The notes: generated from the sequence alone by a model not told the origin. A stretch of 63,704 nt of DNA, filler included, from a bacterium (GCA_026985515.1; 13 parts of 13 records of this genome joined end to end with filler, not necessarily neighbours in it), one strand, 5' to 3'; counted from the first letter of the whole stretch, positions 1 to 10,935 are shown. Numbers and translations are program-made.

Positions 1-117
1 GAGTTCAATTTCATACTGAGGCAATCTGGCTTTTAACTCACCAAGAGTTACCGCGTGAAGATTCCCCGTGATAAGGAAAAGAAAAAAGCCGAGAAAAATT
101 GTTCTTGAAAATCTCAT
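1..117 (-). CDS. Exported protein, N-terminal fragment (runs off window start)
   Basis: Not in ORF track. ATG at 117 with AGGAG RBS (125-129). Reads MRFSRTIFLGFFLFLITGNLHAVTLGELK..., a signal peptide ending LHA. Confidence 0.6.
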   Translation of the reverse strand, partial: MRFSRTIFLGFFLFLITGNLHAVTLGELKARLPQYEIEL

Positions 118-203
118 CCCTGAACTCCTGTTAAGTTCTATATTTTTTATCACTTATCCTGAAAAAAAGCAAATTTCAATTAAGGATCTCACAAATCTTC
201 CAC

Positions 204-233
204 TTGACATCAATGTCAATTTTATTCTATCAT
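204..233 (+). promoter_or_regulatory. Sigma70-type promoter with palindromic operator TTGACAT-CA-ATGTCAA over the -35 box
   Basis: TTGACA 204-209, TATCAT 228-233 (18-bp spacer). Perfect 7-2-7 palindrome at 204-219, repeated at 40983-40998. Confidence 0.65.
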
Positions 234-263
234 AGATAGTGAACCAAAAAAGGAGAAAAGAAA

Positions 264-1124
264 ATGGCTCTGAACAGAGAACTTATTGGAAAAGAATATC
301 CTCCCGGTACCTACAAAGTAACTGAAGATGCAATAATAAAATATGCTCTTGCCACAAATGACGATAATCTCTGGTACACTTATCCCAGAAGAGAGGGAGG
401 AATAATAGCTCCACCAATTTTCGGCGTCGTATGGAACCATTTAGAACTTGGTAAACCTCTATTTGACCCTGACCTCAAGGTTAATCTTCTCATGCTCCTC
501 CATGGAGAACAGGACATGATTTTCAAAAAAGTGGTGAAACCGGGTGATACCATCACCACAGTATCTTCTGTGCATCACATAGAGGATAAGGGAAGTGGAG
601 AAATACTGGTAATAAAATTGTTATCAAAAAATCAGGAGGGCGAGGAAGTCCTCGAAACCTATTCAACCATGTTTATTAGAGGCAGTGGAAGCGGGAAAAA
701 GAAGGATGAAAAAAAAGAGGATACAAAGAAAACCCCAAAACTTGGTGAACCCGTTTTTGTCCAGGAAGTACATGTTAAAAAGTACCAGCCCTATATTTAT
801 GCTGAGGCCAGTGGAGATCACAACCCCATCCATGTGGATCCAAACACTGCAAAAATGGCCGGATTGCCCGGGGTTATCCTTCAGGGTCTGTGCACCATGG
901 CCTTTGCCCAGAATGCTATTGTAAATAACTACCTCGGCGAAGACCCGAGAAAACTCAGGAGATTAAAAGTTAGATTCAGTAAACCGGTTCTTCCCGGTGA
1001 TACTCTCAAGGTAGTTGCATGGGAAACAGAGAGAAATGAAAAAATTGGCAAACTTTTCTTTGAAGTGTACAATCAAAAGTGTGAGAAAGTTATAACTGAC
1101 GGCCTCGCGGAGGCTGAAGTTTAG
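264..1124 (+). CDS. Double hot-dog MaoC/(R)-specific enoyl-CoA hydratase (MFE-2 hydratase-like)
   Basis: N-terminal hot-dog with LLHGEQ; C-terminal hydratase-2 motif YAEASGDHNPIHVD and RFSKPVLPGD; AGGAG RBS. Confidence 0.85.
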   Translation: MALNRELIGKEYPPGTYKVTEDAIIKYALATNDDNLWYTYPRREGGIIAPPIFGVVWNHLELGKPLFDPDLKVNLLMLLHGEQDMIFKKVVKPGDTITTVSSVHHIEDKGSGEILVIKLLSKNQEGEEVLETYSTMFIRGSGSGKKKDEKKEDTKKTPKLGEPVFVQEVHVKKYQPYIYAEASGDHNPIHVDPNTAKMAGLPGVILQGLCTMAFAQNAIVNNYLGEDPRKLRRLKVRFSKPVLPGDTLKVVAWETERNEKIGKLFFEVYNQKCEKVITDGLAEAEV

Positions 1125-1147
1125 CAGCAGAATTGCCATGAAAGGGG

Positions 1148-1708
1148 GTGGTTAAAACAGTATTCCTTGATCAGTTTATAAGCTTAATGTGGGGAAGCAT
1201 CCTTGCACTAACTGCGTATCCATCGATTAAACGAGAAGGGATTTTTACAAAATATTTCTGGCGCGCCTTTCTTTTTCAGCTTCTAATATTTTTCCCCATT
1301 GGTCTGTACCTTTTCCTCACCTGGCCAGACTGGAGCTGGATGTACTGGGTAAATAACTTTACCACGCCTTTATGGGTCAAAATACTTGCCCTCTCAGGCT
1401 ACATAATCTCCTTCCTGATTGGATACCTTCTTTCCGCATATGCAATTAAAAAGGATACCATGTGGGTGGCATATCTACTTGCGGGAATTGGAGCGGCTGG
1501 AATAGTCATAATTTCCGTGGCGGGAATAAAGAGTCTAATCTATGTGGGAACAAGAGAGGAATTTATTAAGGAAGTTGCAATTCCAGCATGGAGAGACCCC
1601 AAATTTACCATTTCCATGATTCTCATTGGTTTATACTTTGGAATTCCCGGTGCTATCCTGATTTACAAAAACTTAAAAGAAAATGATCTGATCCCAGCGA
1701 AACAATGA
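1148..1708 (+). CDS. Hypothetical integral membrane protein (~5 TM)
   Basis: Hydrophobic segments, WPDWSWMY motif; stop overlaps next start (ATGA). Confidence 0.7.
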   Translation: MVKTVFLDQFISLMWGSILALTAYPSIKREGIFTKYFWRAFLFQLLIFFPIGLYLFLTWPDWSWMYWVNNFTTPLWVKILALSGYIISFLIGYLLSAYAIKKDTMWVAYLLAGIGAAGIVIISVAGIKSLIYVGTREEFIKEVAIPAWRDPKFTISMILIGLYFGIPGAILIYKNLKENDLIPAKQ

Positions 1709-3066
1709 GTCTGATAATCAAAGAATTCAAAACAACAATGGATGCAGATTACATCTTTTCGAGGCTTTCCCTCAGAACTACCGGTCTTTTTCTAAAATTC
1801 AACTGGAGAGGCAGAACATATCAGATATATTCACCACTAATAACCTTCAGAAAACTTACAGGAACAAGAAAAACTATAAATTACGAATCTTCCCACATAA
1901 CTTTCAGATACTATTCTGATCTATCCTCTTTCCTTTACCAGGAATATCTGAATCTATCCCTCATAAATGAGGAGTCACTGGCATTTATTCCCATGATTTT
2001 CGGCATAAATAATGAACTCCATTATATTGATTCCAGAGAAGAAAGCTTTCTGTACTTTACCATCGACCCATTTCTTCTATACGAATCATCATCTGAAAGA
2101 TTCTTCGTAATAGCAAGGGCTGATAAGGAGTTTACCACTAAAACCGAACTTGTAAAAGAATTTATGTACTATCTGAGAAAGTTTTTTACAAATGAATCAA
2201 TCTACATAACTCCAGACTTCAGACCTGTCCCTCTTATAATATCTCCGGAAAGGATAAAACTGGCTGCCATCTATGATAAACTGAAGAAGGTCTATAATGG
2301 GAGAATGTTTCCCATTTTTATGAAATTCTTCTTCAGAAACTGGGTTCATCCATGGAAAGTCTTCTTCGAAATAATGCGACTCTATTCCCCCGAAACTTCC
2401 TTTTACCTCTCTCTGGACGGTGAAATATTAATGGGAATAGGATGGGATAAAATTGAGATAGAACCACCAAACAGATCAGGTAATGTGAATGTGCTCACTG
2501 ACTTCAAAATTGAGGAGAATTTTGAATTGCGGATAAGCAATACCCCCGGCAGCGCTGGAGAAAACAGATTCACAGAAAGGGCAAGGTTCTTTATTGACAG
2601 TAAGAAGCTGAAATCATTTAAAATCCAAACAGTAACTGAAAAAAAAGATCTATTTTCTTCGATGAAAATGGTAAAAGGGATCTTTCAGACTCCTCTTAAA
2701 AAGGAAACCCTTCTTAATGCCCTCTTAATGCCCTTCTTTATAAATACCGGCGAAGTGGAAAACAGGGATAATCTCAAGAAACTGGTTTCTTTTACCAGTT
2801 CTGCAGGCTATCCCAAATGGCATATTATAAACATGCTGGGAGTGGGAGGAAAAATTCTGAATTCTTCAACAATAATAAATTTAAAAGCTGACAGAACATA
2901 TCTTAATTTCTTTCTTCCAGCATACACTCTGGGTTTCAACTTTGATGACACCTGGCTTGACCTGGTGAAAGAGGGAAAATCATTTTTCACCTCCATTATG
3001 GGAAGACAGAAACTGTATGGAATATTCACTCAGGATGGAGAGGAAGTCAGGATAAAAAAGAGATAA
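1705..3066 (+). CDS. Highly diverged chorismate-binding (TrpE/PabB-like) protein, catalytic motifs not recognisable
   Basis: 453-aa ORF. HPWKVFFEIMRLYSPETSFYLSLDGEILMG and MVKGIFQTPLKKETLLNALLMP resemble MST-family segments in order and spacing. Confidence 0.4.
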   Translation: MSLIIKEFKTTMDADYIFSRLSLRTTGLFLKFNWRGRTYQIYSPLITFRKLTGTRKTINYESSHITFRYYSDLSSFLYQEYLNLSLINEESLAFIPMIFGINNELHYIDSREESFLYFTIDPFLLYESSSERFFVIARADKEFTTKTELVKEFMYYLRKFFTNESIYITPDFRPVPLIISPERIKLAAIYDKLKKVYNGRMFPIFMKFFFRNWVHPWKVFFEIMRLYSPETSFYLSLDGEILMGIGWDKIEIEPPNRSGNVNVLTDFKIEENFELRISNTPGSAGENRFTERARFFIDSKKLKSFKIQTVTEKKDLFSSMKMVKGIFQTPLKKETLLNALLMPFFINTGEVENRDNLKKLVSFTSSAGYPKWHIINMLGVGGKILNSSTIINLKADRTYLNFFLPAYTLGFNFDDTWLDLVKEGKSFFTSIMGRQKLYGIFTQDGEEVRIKKR

Positions 3067-4335
3067 TCACAGCCCCTTCAGAGCCTGTTCTATATCAGCA
3101 ATAATATCATCTGGATCCTCAATTCCAACTGAGAGGCGAATAAATCCATCTGAAACACCTGCTTTCAATCTCTCCTCTCTGGAAAGCTGCTGATGAGTGG
3201 TACTCGCAGGATGTATAACCAGACTCCTTGCATCACCAATATTTGCAAGATGCTTCAACAACTTTACTCTTCTGATAAACTCTTTCCCGGCTTCGTAACC
3301 TCCCTTTAACTCGAAACCAACCAGTCCACTCTGACCCCTGGGGAGATACTTCCTGGCAAGGTCATAGTACCTGCTGCTTTTTAAACCGGGATAATTAACT
3401 TCCTTAACTGCCGGATGTGACTCCAGAAATTCTGCCACCTTCAGGGCATTGGAGCTGTGTCTATCCATCCTCAGGGAAAGTGTTTCCAGCCCAAGCAGTA
3501 TCAGAAAAGCGTTGAAGGGGCTCATACACCCACCAATATCTCTGAGTATCTGGAGCCGGGTTCTCTCTATAAAAGCTGCTTTCCCGAACTTCTCTGTAAA
3601 AACAATCCCATGATATCCGGGATCAGGTGTGGTAAACTGGGTAAATCCACCCTCTTCCCAGGGAAAGTTACCACTATCAACTATCAATCCTCCAATTGAG
3701 GTGGCATGCCCGCTGATGTATTTTGTAAGGGAGTAAACAGCAATATCCACTCCCCAGTCAAAGGGCCTGAAAAGGTAAGGTGTCGCCACAGTGTTATCAA
3801 GGATAACAGGTACAGGTACAGAATGTGCTATTTTCACTATTTCCTCAAAATCGGGAATATTCAGCTTGGGGTTACCCACTGTTTCAAGGTATACTGCTCT
3901 GGTTTTTTCAGTTATTGCCCTTTTAAAATTTTCCGGATCATCTGGATCAACAAATTTAAAGTTTATACCAAGTCTGGAAAGGGTGATTTTAAAAAGTGTC
4001 ACTGTACCTCCATAAAGGGTGGTGGCAGCAACAACTTCGTCTCCCTCCCTAAGGAGAGACAGCATGGTCATTGCAATGGCAGCCATTCCGGAAGATGTTG
4101 CAACGGCTCCCACACCCCCTTCCAGCAGAGCTACTCTTTTTTCAAGTACATCAACAGTTGGGTTATTTATTCTGGTATAAATGAATCCTTCCTCTTCAAG
4201 ATTGAAAACTCTCGCCGCATGGTCAGGGTCTCTGAAGATAAAGGAAGTGCTTTGATAAATGGGCGGAAGGGAAGCACCCTTTTCATCACTCTCAAAACCT
4301 CCATGAATGGCAATTGTGTCAAATTTCCAGTCCAT
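3067..4335 (-). CDS. metY: O-acetylhomoserine aminocarboxypropyltransferase (sulfhydrylase)
   Basis: [25 protein letters not shown] (PLP lysine), [31 protein letters not shown]. Confidence 0.9.
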   Translation of the reverse strand: MDWKFDTIAIHGGFESDEKGASLPPIYQSTSFIFRDPDHAARVFNLEEEGFIYTRINNPTVDVLEKRVALLEGGVGAVATSSGMAAIAMTMLSLLREGDEVVAATTLYGGTVTLFKITLSRLGINFKFVDPDDPENFKRAITEKTRAVYLETVGNPKLNIPDFEEIVKIAHSVPVPVILDNTVATPYLFRPFDWGVDIAVYSLTKYISGHATSIGGLIVDSGNFPWEEGGFTQFTTPDPGYHGIVFTEKFGKAAFIERTRLQILRDIGGCMSPFNAFLILLGLETLSLRMDRHSSNALKVAEFLESHPAVKEVNYPGLKSSRYYDLARKYLPRGQSGLVGFELKGGYEAGKEFIRRVKLLKHLANIGDARSLVIHPASTTHQQLSREERLKAGVSDGFIRLSVGIEDPDDIIADIEQALKGL

Positions 4336-4999
4336 TTTTCAACTCCTTTATTTCATAAAAGGGCAGGTATTCAATTGTTACTCCGAAAACAGATGACAGT
4401 ATTCCTGTCCATCTCTGGACAATCTCTTCCCTGTCTGGAACAGATTTCAGAAAATCTCTCATCGAAGCAATACCCCTTTTCAAGCCACAGGGTACAATAC
4501 ATTTAAACAACTCTTTGTTTGTATTCACATACAGAGCCACTCCATCCGTGACCACCCCTCCCTTTAAACTCATTCCAACCGCTGCTATTTTACCCTTATC
4601 TGTCCATACACCCGGAAACTTCTCTTCCAGTCTCACACCTATTCCATAACTCTCAAGGAGATAACACACAGTTAATTCAAGTTTCTTTACAAATCTTTCC
4701 ACCCTCTTTCCATACTCATATTTTATCAATGGATAAAAATTTATCTGTCCCTCATCATGAAGCGTTACGTCACCACCCCTATCAACATAAAAAACTGGAA
4801 TTCTTCTGCAGTCTTCGTTATCAAGAAGAAGATGCTCTCTCTTACCTCTTTTACCAACTGTTATCACTGGTGGATGACTTGTGAAAAGGAGGAGGGGTTT
4901 AACCTCACCTGCAGGTAATTTCATCCGAAAAAAATTCTTAATACTTAACCACTCTGAGTAATTAAGAAGCGGGACGTAAGTTGCGCGGAAGGGGGTCAT
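4319..4999 (-). CDS. lipB: Lipoyl(octanoyl) transferase
   Basis: [32 protein letters not shown] motifs. Confidence 0.85.
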   Translation of the reverse strand: MTPFRATYVPLLNYSEWLSIKNFFRMKLPAGEVKPLLLFTSHPPVITVGKRGKREHLLLDNEDCRRIPVFYVDRGGDVTLHDEGQINFYPLIKYEYGKRVERFVKKLELTVCYLLESYGIGVRLEEKFPGVWTDKGKIAAVGMSLKGGVVTDGVALYVNTNKELFKCIVPCGLKRGIASMRDFLKSVPDREEIVQRWTGILSSVFGVTIEYLPFYEIKELKNGLEI

Positions 5000-5397
5000 C
5001 TTTTCAATATACCTTTTTCCTTGAGAACCTTTCTTACAAGGTCAAGCAACTGGTTGTGGCGAATGGGTTTGGTAAGAAAGTAATCGCACCCGGCCCTTAA
5101 ACTTCTCTCTCTGTCCTCCTTTCCCCCTTTTGCGGTAACCATTATAATGGTGGTATCCTTCAGGTCAGGATTGCTTTTAACAAATTTGCAGACAACATCC
5201 CCATTCATCTGAGGCATTATGAGATCAAGAACAGCCACAACAGGTCTCTCTTCCTGAATAATCTTCAGTGCCTCCGTTCCATCCTTTGCCTTCACAACCT
5301 CACAGCCTGTTCTCTTTAAAAGTATCTCCTCAAGTTTCAGGACCATCTCAATATCATCGGCTATCAAGATCTTTGGTTTGCCGTGTGCCTCACGCAT
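4996..5397 (-). CDS. Single-domain response regulator (receiver domain)
   Basis: ILIADD, LDLIMPQMNG, IIMVTA, FLTKP. Confidence 0.9.
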   Translation of the reverse strand: MREAHGKPKILIADDIEMVLKLEEILLKRTGCEVVKAKDGTEALKIIQEERPVVAVLDLIMPQMNGDVVCKFVKSNPDLKDTTIIMVTAKGGKEDRERSLRAGCDYFLTKPIRHNQLLDLVRKVLKEKGILKR

Positions 5398-5419
5398 TCA
5401 AACCCCCTTTCCTTCTTTT

Positions 5420-6265
5420 CTACATTTTAAACGGGACGGGAATAAAAGTCAATATGAAAATCACCAGTGCTAACAGGAAAATAACCTTTGTTCTCGAATC
5501 AGGTTCCTCTTCAAAGAAAGGGGAAGGGGGATGTTTTACTCCGATGATATAAATAAGGAGTGCCCATATGATCCACCCTCCCCATCCCCAGATTCCAAGA
5601 ATGAGAAGCACAAACACAACAAGCAGGGAAACATATCTGTGCAAAGTATCAAAAACCGCATAAAAGATATGCCCCCCATCGAGCTGACTTGCGGGAAGAA
5701 GATTCAGGGAAGTCACAAAGAAACCTATCCATCCGGCAAAGGCTACAGGATGAAGAACAATAGTCTTTCCATCAATATTTCCAAAGTAAAAAAGATAAAA
5801 AAGCTTCATTATGAGAGGATCACCAAGCTCAATCATGCCCCTGGTACTGGTGATAACCTCTGTCTTTGAAAAGTTGAGACCAATTGCTGTGACAAAGATG
5901 GATGCAAGGAATCCCCACAGTGGTCCATTAAAAGCCACAGAGGCAAGTTGGCGCCTTGAGTAAACGGGGGACTTCATCTTTATAAAGGCACCAAAGGTCC
6001 CCAGAAGCGTGGGGGCTGGAATAAAATATGGTAATGTTACCCTCACACCATATCTTCTCGCTGTAACATAGTGACCCATCTCATGAATTCCCAGAACAAA
6101 CATTATGGCAACTGAAAATGGAAGGCCCTTTTCAATTACCTCAAAAATACCAGTCTTATGTATGTCAACACCCAGCTGCAGGGCACCTGCAATGGAAGTG
6201 GTAAAAAAGGTTATTATCAAAAGAATGAGATTCAGCCAGGGAAATTTTTCCATTCTTCCATCCAT
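5420..6265 (-). CDS. Site-2 protease (peptidase M50)
   Basis: HEMGH zinc motif, NLLPASQLDGGH, multiple TM segments. Confidence 0.9.
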   Translation of the reverse strand: MDGRMEKFPWLNLILLIITFFTTSIAGALQLGVDIHKTGIFEVIEKGLPFSVAIMFVLGIHEMGHYVTARRYGVRVTLPYFIPAPTLLGTFGAFIKMKSPVYSRRQLASVAFNGPLWGFLASIFVTAIGLNFSKTEVITSTRGMIELGDPLIMKLFYLFYFGNIDGKTIVLHPVAFAGWIGFFVTSLNLLPASQLDGGHIFYAVFDTLHRYVSLLVVFVLLILGIWGWGGWIIWALLIYIIGVKHPPSPFFEEEPDSRTKVIFLLALVIFILTFIPVPFKM

Positions 6266-7281
6266 TTCCAGGGATCCATGCCTGAGGGTTTCTTTTTAAA
6301 AAAATCAATTATTTTCTTGATATTGGTGGAATGGTTAAGTGCCTTCCACATGCTGGAAATTCTCTGATAGTAGATCAAATACTGAAGTAACCTTGCATTG
6401 TTGGGAGGTAGAAGTGAAAAACTGCTGAAGAGATCAGTTTTAAAAGCAATTTTCTCAAATTCATTCTGTTTTTTCTCAAGAAAAGATTTTCTCTCTTCCA
6501 GTTTAGAGGATGGATCAACCTTCTCTGCAAAAGTTGAGTCAAGTCCCTTTTTAACCTCATCAAGAAAAGAGGAAAAAAGAAGGGTATCACTCCACTTATT
6601 TTTGAGGAATTTATATTCATCTGAATCGGGGCCCCATCTGATTCTGGCAAACCTTATTCCCCCAATATTTTCCACATATACGGCTATATGCTCATCAAAC
6701 TGGGTCTCACCGGAAAAGTAAATCGTTGCATGTGTGGATTCATGCAGAATCAACTCAGCAAGAAGTGGAGCAGGTCTCTCAAGCATAACAGGAGTTACAG
6801 GATCAGGAAGAAACCCCAGTGTGCTGAAGGCAGTTGCTTCACCAATATCGGTGTCGTAGCCTTCATCCTGTAACTTTTCTGCATAACTCTCTGCGTCCTT
6901 CAAAGAGGGAAATCCAAGATACGGAATTCTCCCCACAATGGGGAACCACCAGGTTTTGACATCCCAGGAAAGGGATTTTACTGCTGTTAAAACATAAGCG
7001 GCACTTCTAAGTTTTACATCTGAATAATACTCATAACTTCTCCCCGGCGTTAATCCCTGCTGCTGTGCAAATCTTTTCACTTCAAGAACAAGCGACAATT
7101 TCTCCCTCAGATCACCGGGGAGATCACCGCGCTGAATTAGTTCAGAAATTTTCTTCTCATGTGAAAGAAGAAGAATTTCATATTTTGCACCTTTAACAAG
7201 ATAAAGCAAGTTACTGCATGAAGTTAGAAAAACAGGAAAAAAGGTGATAATAAAAAGTCTCAAGAATGTCTCTCTATCCAT
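6232..7281 (-). CDS. Putative zinc aminopeptidase lipoprotein (DUF2265 type)
   Basis: Lipobox LTSC; WWFPIVGRIPYLGF, AFSTLG..DP, ELILHESTH. Confidence 0.8.
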   Translation of the reverse strand: MDRETFLRLFIITFFPVFLTSCSNLLYLVKGAKYEILLLSHEKKISELIQRGDLPGDLREKLSLVLEVKRFAQQQGLTPGRSYEYYSDVKLRSAAYVLTAVKSLSWDVKTWWFPIVGRIPYLGFPSLKDAESYAEKLQDEGYDTDIGEATAFSTLGFLPDPVTPVMLERPAPLLAELILHESTHATIYFSGETQFDEHIAVYVENIGGIRFARIRWGPDSDEYKFLKNKWSDTLLFSSFLDEVKKGLDSTFAEKVDPSSKLEERKSFLEKKQNEFEKIAFKTDLFSSFSLLPPNNARLLQYLIYYQRISSMWKALNHSTNIKKIIDFFKKKPSGMDPWKWMEEWKNFPG

Positions 7282-8684
7282 TCTGCAAGTTTCTCCTTCA
7301 GTCCTCCAAAGGAACCATTTGACATTATTAGAAAAATGTCACCCGGCTTTGCGTTCCTATCGATAAGTTCCACAATATGATCTACACCTTCACCAACATA
7401 TGCTTCCCTCTTCCAGTGATTTTTTACATCTGCAACCACTTTCTCAACATCAAGAAATTCAGACTCAGGTACTGAGCCTTTTTCAAGTATTCTTGATACA
7501 ACCACCACATCAGCCTCTGCAAATGCAGGAGGAAACTGTAACTGGAATACATTCCTTCTTGAGGTGTTACTGCGGGGCTCAAAAATGGCCCATATTCTTT
7601 TTAAGGGAAACCTCATCCTCACAGACCTGATGGTCTCCCTTACAGCAGTGGGATGGTGGGCAAAATCATCAATAAGAACAAAAGCATCCGTTTTCCTAAC
7701 AACTTCCTGCCTTCTCCTGACCCCGGTAAATGACTCAATTCCCTCCTTTATTTTTTCAGGTTTCACCCCTGCTCTGTAAGCAATAGCTGTTGCAAGTATG
7801 ATGTTCCGCAGATTATGATCACCAAAAATTTTTGCATCTGCTTCAACAATAAGCTCATCCCCTTTAAAAATTTTGACACGCTGAAAATCTTCCTTCACCA
7901 GGTCTATCTCTCCCCGCCAGTTTCCGCCTTCCAGAGCAAAAGATTCACGATGGGTGACTGGTGCTTTTTCAACCACATCAACAACATTGCTATCCTCACC
8001 ATTGTAGATAAGAATACTTTCTGGTTTCATTGAGAGAAAATAGATTTTGAAGAATTCCTTAATATGTTCAACCGATGGGAAAATATCTGCATGATCATAC
8101 TCAATGGCAGTGATTCCCAGAATGTCCGGAATGTAATGGAGAAATTTGGGCGACTTGTCAAAAAAAGCAGAATCATATTCATCACCCTCAATAACGAACC
8201 ATTCTCCTCTCCCCAACCTGAAAGAACTGTTAAAATCGCGGGAAATACCTCCAGCAAAATATGAAGGATCAAGCCCCCCTTTGTAAAGGAGCCAGGCTGT
8301 TAGCGTTGTTGTGGTTGTCTTTCCATGTGTCCCGGCAATAACTATCACCTTCTTATCTTTCAAAAAAAACTCCTTTATTGCCTCTGGCATCGAAATGTAA
8401 TGGACCCCTTTCATCGTGTAGAGCATTTTTAACTCGGGGTTACCGTCAGAAATAACATTTCCCACAATTATCAGGTCAGGTGCAAAATCTATTATGTTTG
8501 ACGGATCATATCCGTTGTAAACTTTTATTTTCCTTTCCTCAAGAAACTCCTTCATCGGGGAATAGATGTTCCTGTCCGAACCACCAACCTCGTAACCTGA
8601 CTCTTTCAGCATGGCTGCCAGAGTCCCCATTCCAACTCCACCAATGCCCATCAGATAAATTCTTCTCAAATTCTCCTTAAACAT
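7260..8684 (-). CDS. mpl: Murein peptide ligase (Mpl/MurC family)
   Basis: GIGGVGMG, AGTHGKTTTT, EGDEYDSAFFDK, DDFAHHPTA, FEPRSNT. Start moved to ATG 8684 (GGAGG RBS). Confidence 0.88.
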   Translation of the reverse strand: MFKENLRRIYLMGIGGVGMGTLAAMLKESGYEVGGSDRNIYSPMKEFLEERKIKVYNGYDPSNIIDFAPDLIIVGNVISDGNPELKMLYTMKGVHYISMPEAIKEFFLKDKKVIVIAGTHGKTTTTTLTAWLLYKGGLDPSYFAGGISRDFNSSFRLGRGEWFVIEGDEYDSAFFDKSPKFLHYIPDILGITAIEYDHADIFPSVEHIKEFFKIYFLSMKPESILIYNGEDSNVVDVVEKAPVTHRESFALEGGNWRGEIDLVKEDFQRVKIFKGDELIVEADAKIFGDHNLRNIILATAIAYRAGVKPEKIKEGIESFTGVRRRQEVVRKTDAFVLIDDFAHHPTAVRETIRSVRMRFPLKRIWAIFEPRSNTSRRNVFQLQFPPAFAEADVVVVSRILEKGSVPESEFLDVEKVVADVKNHWKREAYVGEGVDHIVELIDRNAKPGDIFLIMSNGSFGGLKEKLAEWIERHS

Positions 8685-9717
8685 TTTCCACCTCCGATTG
8701 TAAGACATCCTCAATTATCTCCTCAAGCATGGAAGATTTTCCAATGACTATTAACACATCTCCTGGATGTAAAACCTCATCCGCACTTGGATTGAAGACA
8801 TAATTTCCTTCACCTCTCTTTATTGCAACCACTATTGCACCATATTTTTCCCGTATTCCAGAATCTCTCAACCTTTTATTGGCAAAGGGTGTCTTATCAG
8901 ATATCTTCACCTCCTCCATTCTCACATCAAAACCCTCCATGGCAAGCTCGATAAACTCTATTGCTTCAGGTCGGATAAGAGCGTTTGCCATTCTCAGTCC
9001 CCCAAGTCTGTAAGGACTTATAACTTTATTTGCTCCAGCTCTGTACATCTTCTTCTCAACCCTTGCATCTGTTGACCTCGCAACAATGTAGAGATCTTTG
9101 TTCAGCTCCCTCGCTGTTATGGTCAGATAAAGATTTTCAGCATCTTCAGGGAGGGTGGCAACAAGAGCTTTCGCCTTCCTGATATTTGCCTTTAAAAGAA
9201 CATCCTCCTCTGTGGCATCTCCCTGAATGAAAATGTAACCTTCATCTCTCAGTTTTTCAGCAATCTCCTTCTCCTTTTCAATTACAACTACTTTCAACTT
9301 TCTCTTTCTTAACTCATCAGTTACAATCTGACCCATTCTCCCAAAACCACAAACAATGTAATGATTTTTCAGTAAAGATATTTTCTTCTCCAATCTTCTC
9401 CTCCCGAAAATGTTTCTCAACTCTCCTTCAATGAGATGCTGTCCAAAATAATGAACAGAATATGCAAGAATGCTCATACCACCAAGTATCAACATGATGG
9501 TAAAAATTCTGCCCCGGCTATCCAGTGGATGAACTTCTCCATACCCAACGGTGGTTATTGAGATTATTGTCATGTAGAGCGAATCAAGCAAATTCCATCC
9601 TTCAAGCAAAGAGTAACCGGCAGTCCCTGCAATTAAAATAACAGCAATGCTGATAATGATTATCCGCAATTCCTTCGACATGAAGGAGAACCAGCGCAAT
9701 TTCCTGTTCTTTCTCAT
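8677..9717 (-). CDS. Potassium channel with TrkA-N/TrkA-C (RCK) domains
   Basis: TTVGYG selectivity filter, CGFGRMG Rossmann motif, C-terminal RCK-C. Confidence 0.9.
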   Translation of the reverse strand: MRKNRKLRWFSFMSKELRIIIISIAVILIAGTAGYSLLEGWNLLDSLYMTIISITTVGYGEVHPLDSRGRIFTIMLILGGMSILAYSVHYFGQHLIEGELRNIFGRRRLEKKISLLKNHYIVCGFGRMGQIVTDELRKRKLKVVVIEKEKEIAEKLRDEGYIFIQGDATEEDVLLKANIRKAKALVATLPEDAENLYLTITARELNKDLYIVARSTDARVEKKMYRAGANKVISPYRLGGLRMANALIRPEAIEFIELAMEGFDVRMEEVKISDKTPFANKRLRDSGIREKYGAIVVAIKRGEGNYVFNPSADEVLHPGDVLIVIGKSSMLEEIIEDVLQSEVENV

Positions 9718-9721
9718 CTGT

Positions 9722-10935
9722 CTACCAGCTGATCTCCGTTATCTCATCCCCAACACTCACCTGCTCCAGCATTCTCAACGGATTGAGGGAAGGGTCAAAA
9801 ATTCCAGCAATGTAATCTCCCTGTGGCAATTGAAGAACAAGAGGTGAAGAGGAGACATTTGCTGAAAAAACAGGATTTCCATCAGAATCAGATACAATAA
9901 CCACAGGATGCAAAGAAAGTAAATCAGCCGAAATAGTTATAATCACCTCGCTGCCCCCTTCACTGTAAATCCCCGATACGGGGAGCTGATCCTTCACCAC
10001 AGTATCATACAGTAATCCGTGCTTTTCGACCCCTTTAAATCCAAGCCAACCCACCTCAACTCTTTCATATTCATCAGGTAAGACAAGTGATGTTACACTT
10101 CCCGGGAAAATCAATCTTCTGCTTCTCTTACCGTCATCCAGAATAATTAACTGAAGATCAACTGGCGGTGGCAACCACTGGATTTCCATTCCACCTTCTA
10201 CCCGGTAAAAGAACTTTGGAACAACTGCTTCTTCAAAGTGAACTACATCCTCCCCCCCTTTTTTCTCCACAATCCCTTCCCTGACCGGGAGTGGCATCAA
10301 CTCATTATTTGCAACATTTACCGGAACAAACCACCTGCAACCGGGATAGTGAGGATCAGGGTAGTAACCGGCACCTCTCACTGGAAGAAAAAGATCCCCC
10401 AGCTTTTCAAAGATTCCCCACATATAGGGAGCATCATTCCTGAGCCACGGCAGGCATGGGGAAAGATCAATTTCCACTCTGCCATTCTTCCACCTGTAAG
10501 TATAGGTGAAAGTTTTTTTCTTTTCCTCCTTCACAGGTATGGTAAATGAGACAGGGTAGTCCAGAGAATCGCCAAAAATATCCTTTACCCCCTTTTTCAG
10601 GTTGATCTTAACAAAGGGCTCAGGGAGAGCCTCTTCAAAGAAAACTATTACAACGCCATTATCCACCCTTCCATAATCATCAGGAATTTGAAGGAGACGA
10701 AAATCATAAAGATTTCCCCATTTATCAGTAACAGTCAGGTTTTCTCTTACAGAATTAAAGTCCACCGGATTATTGAAGAAAAGCCAGATGAAATTTTTAA
10801 AATCTGACTGAGGGAAATACCCTTTAAATTTTAGGGGATCCTTTTCCTTTTTTTCATCCTTTACAAAATAATCAAAAGTCAACAATTCGGGAGGGACGAC
10901 AACCCCCTCTGCAGTGACAATATCTCCAATAATAA
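9722..10935 (-). CDS. Hypothetical exported protein with Ig-like (Big_5-like) domain, 5' truncated by contig end
   Basis: Frame open to the gap. FNNPVDFNSV...KKGVKDIFGDSL...SFT resembles a bacterial Ig-like domain. Confidence 0.55.

Noticed and set aside
3706-4506. 266-aa ORF antisense to metY, and similar shadow ORFs (35895-36474, 11585-11917, 33743-34282)
   Set aside because: Antisense shadows of well-supported genes; the Ser/Pro-rich ones mirror Glu-rich coding on the other strand.
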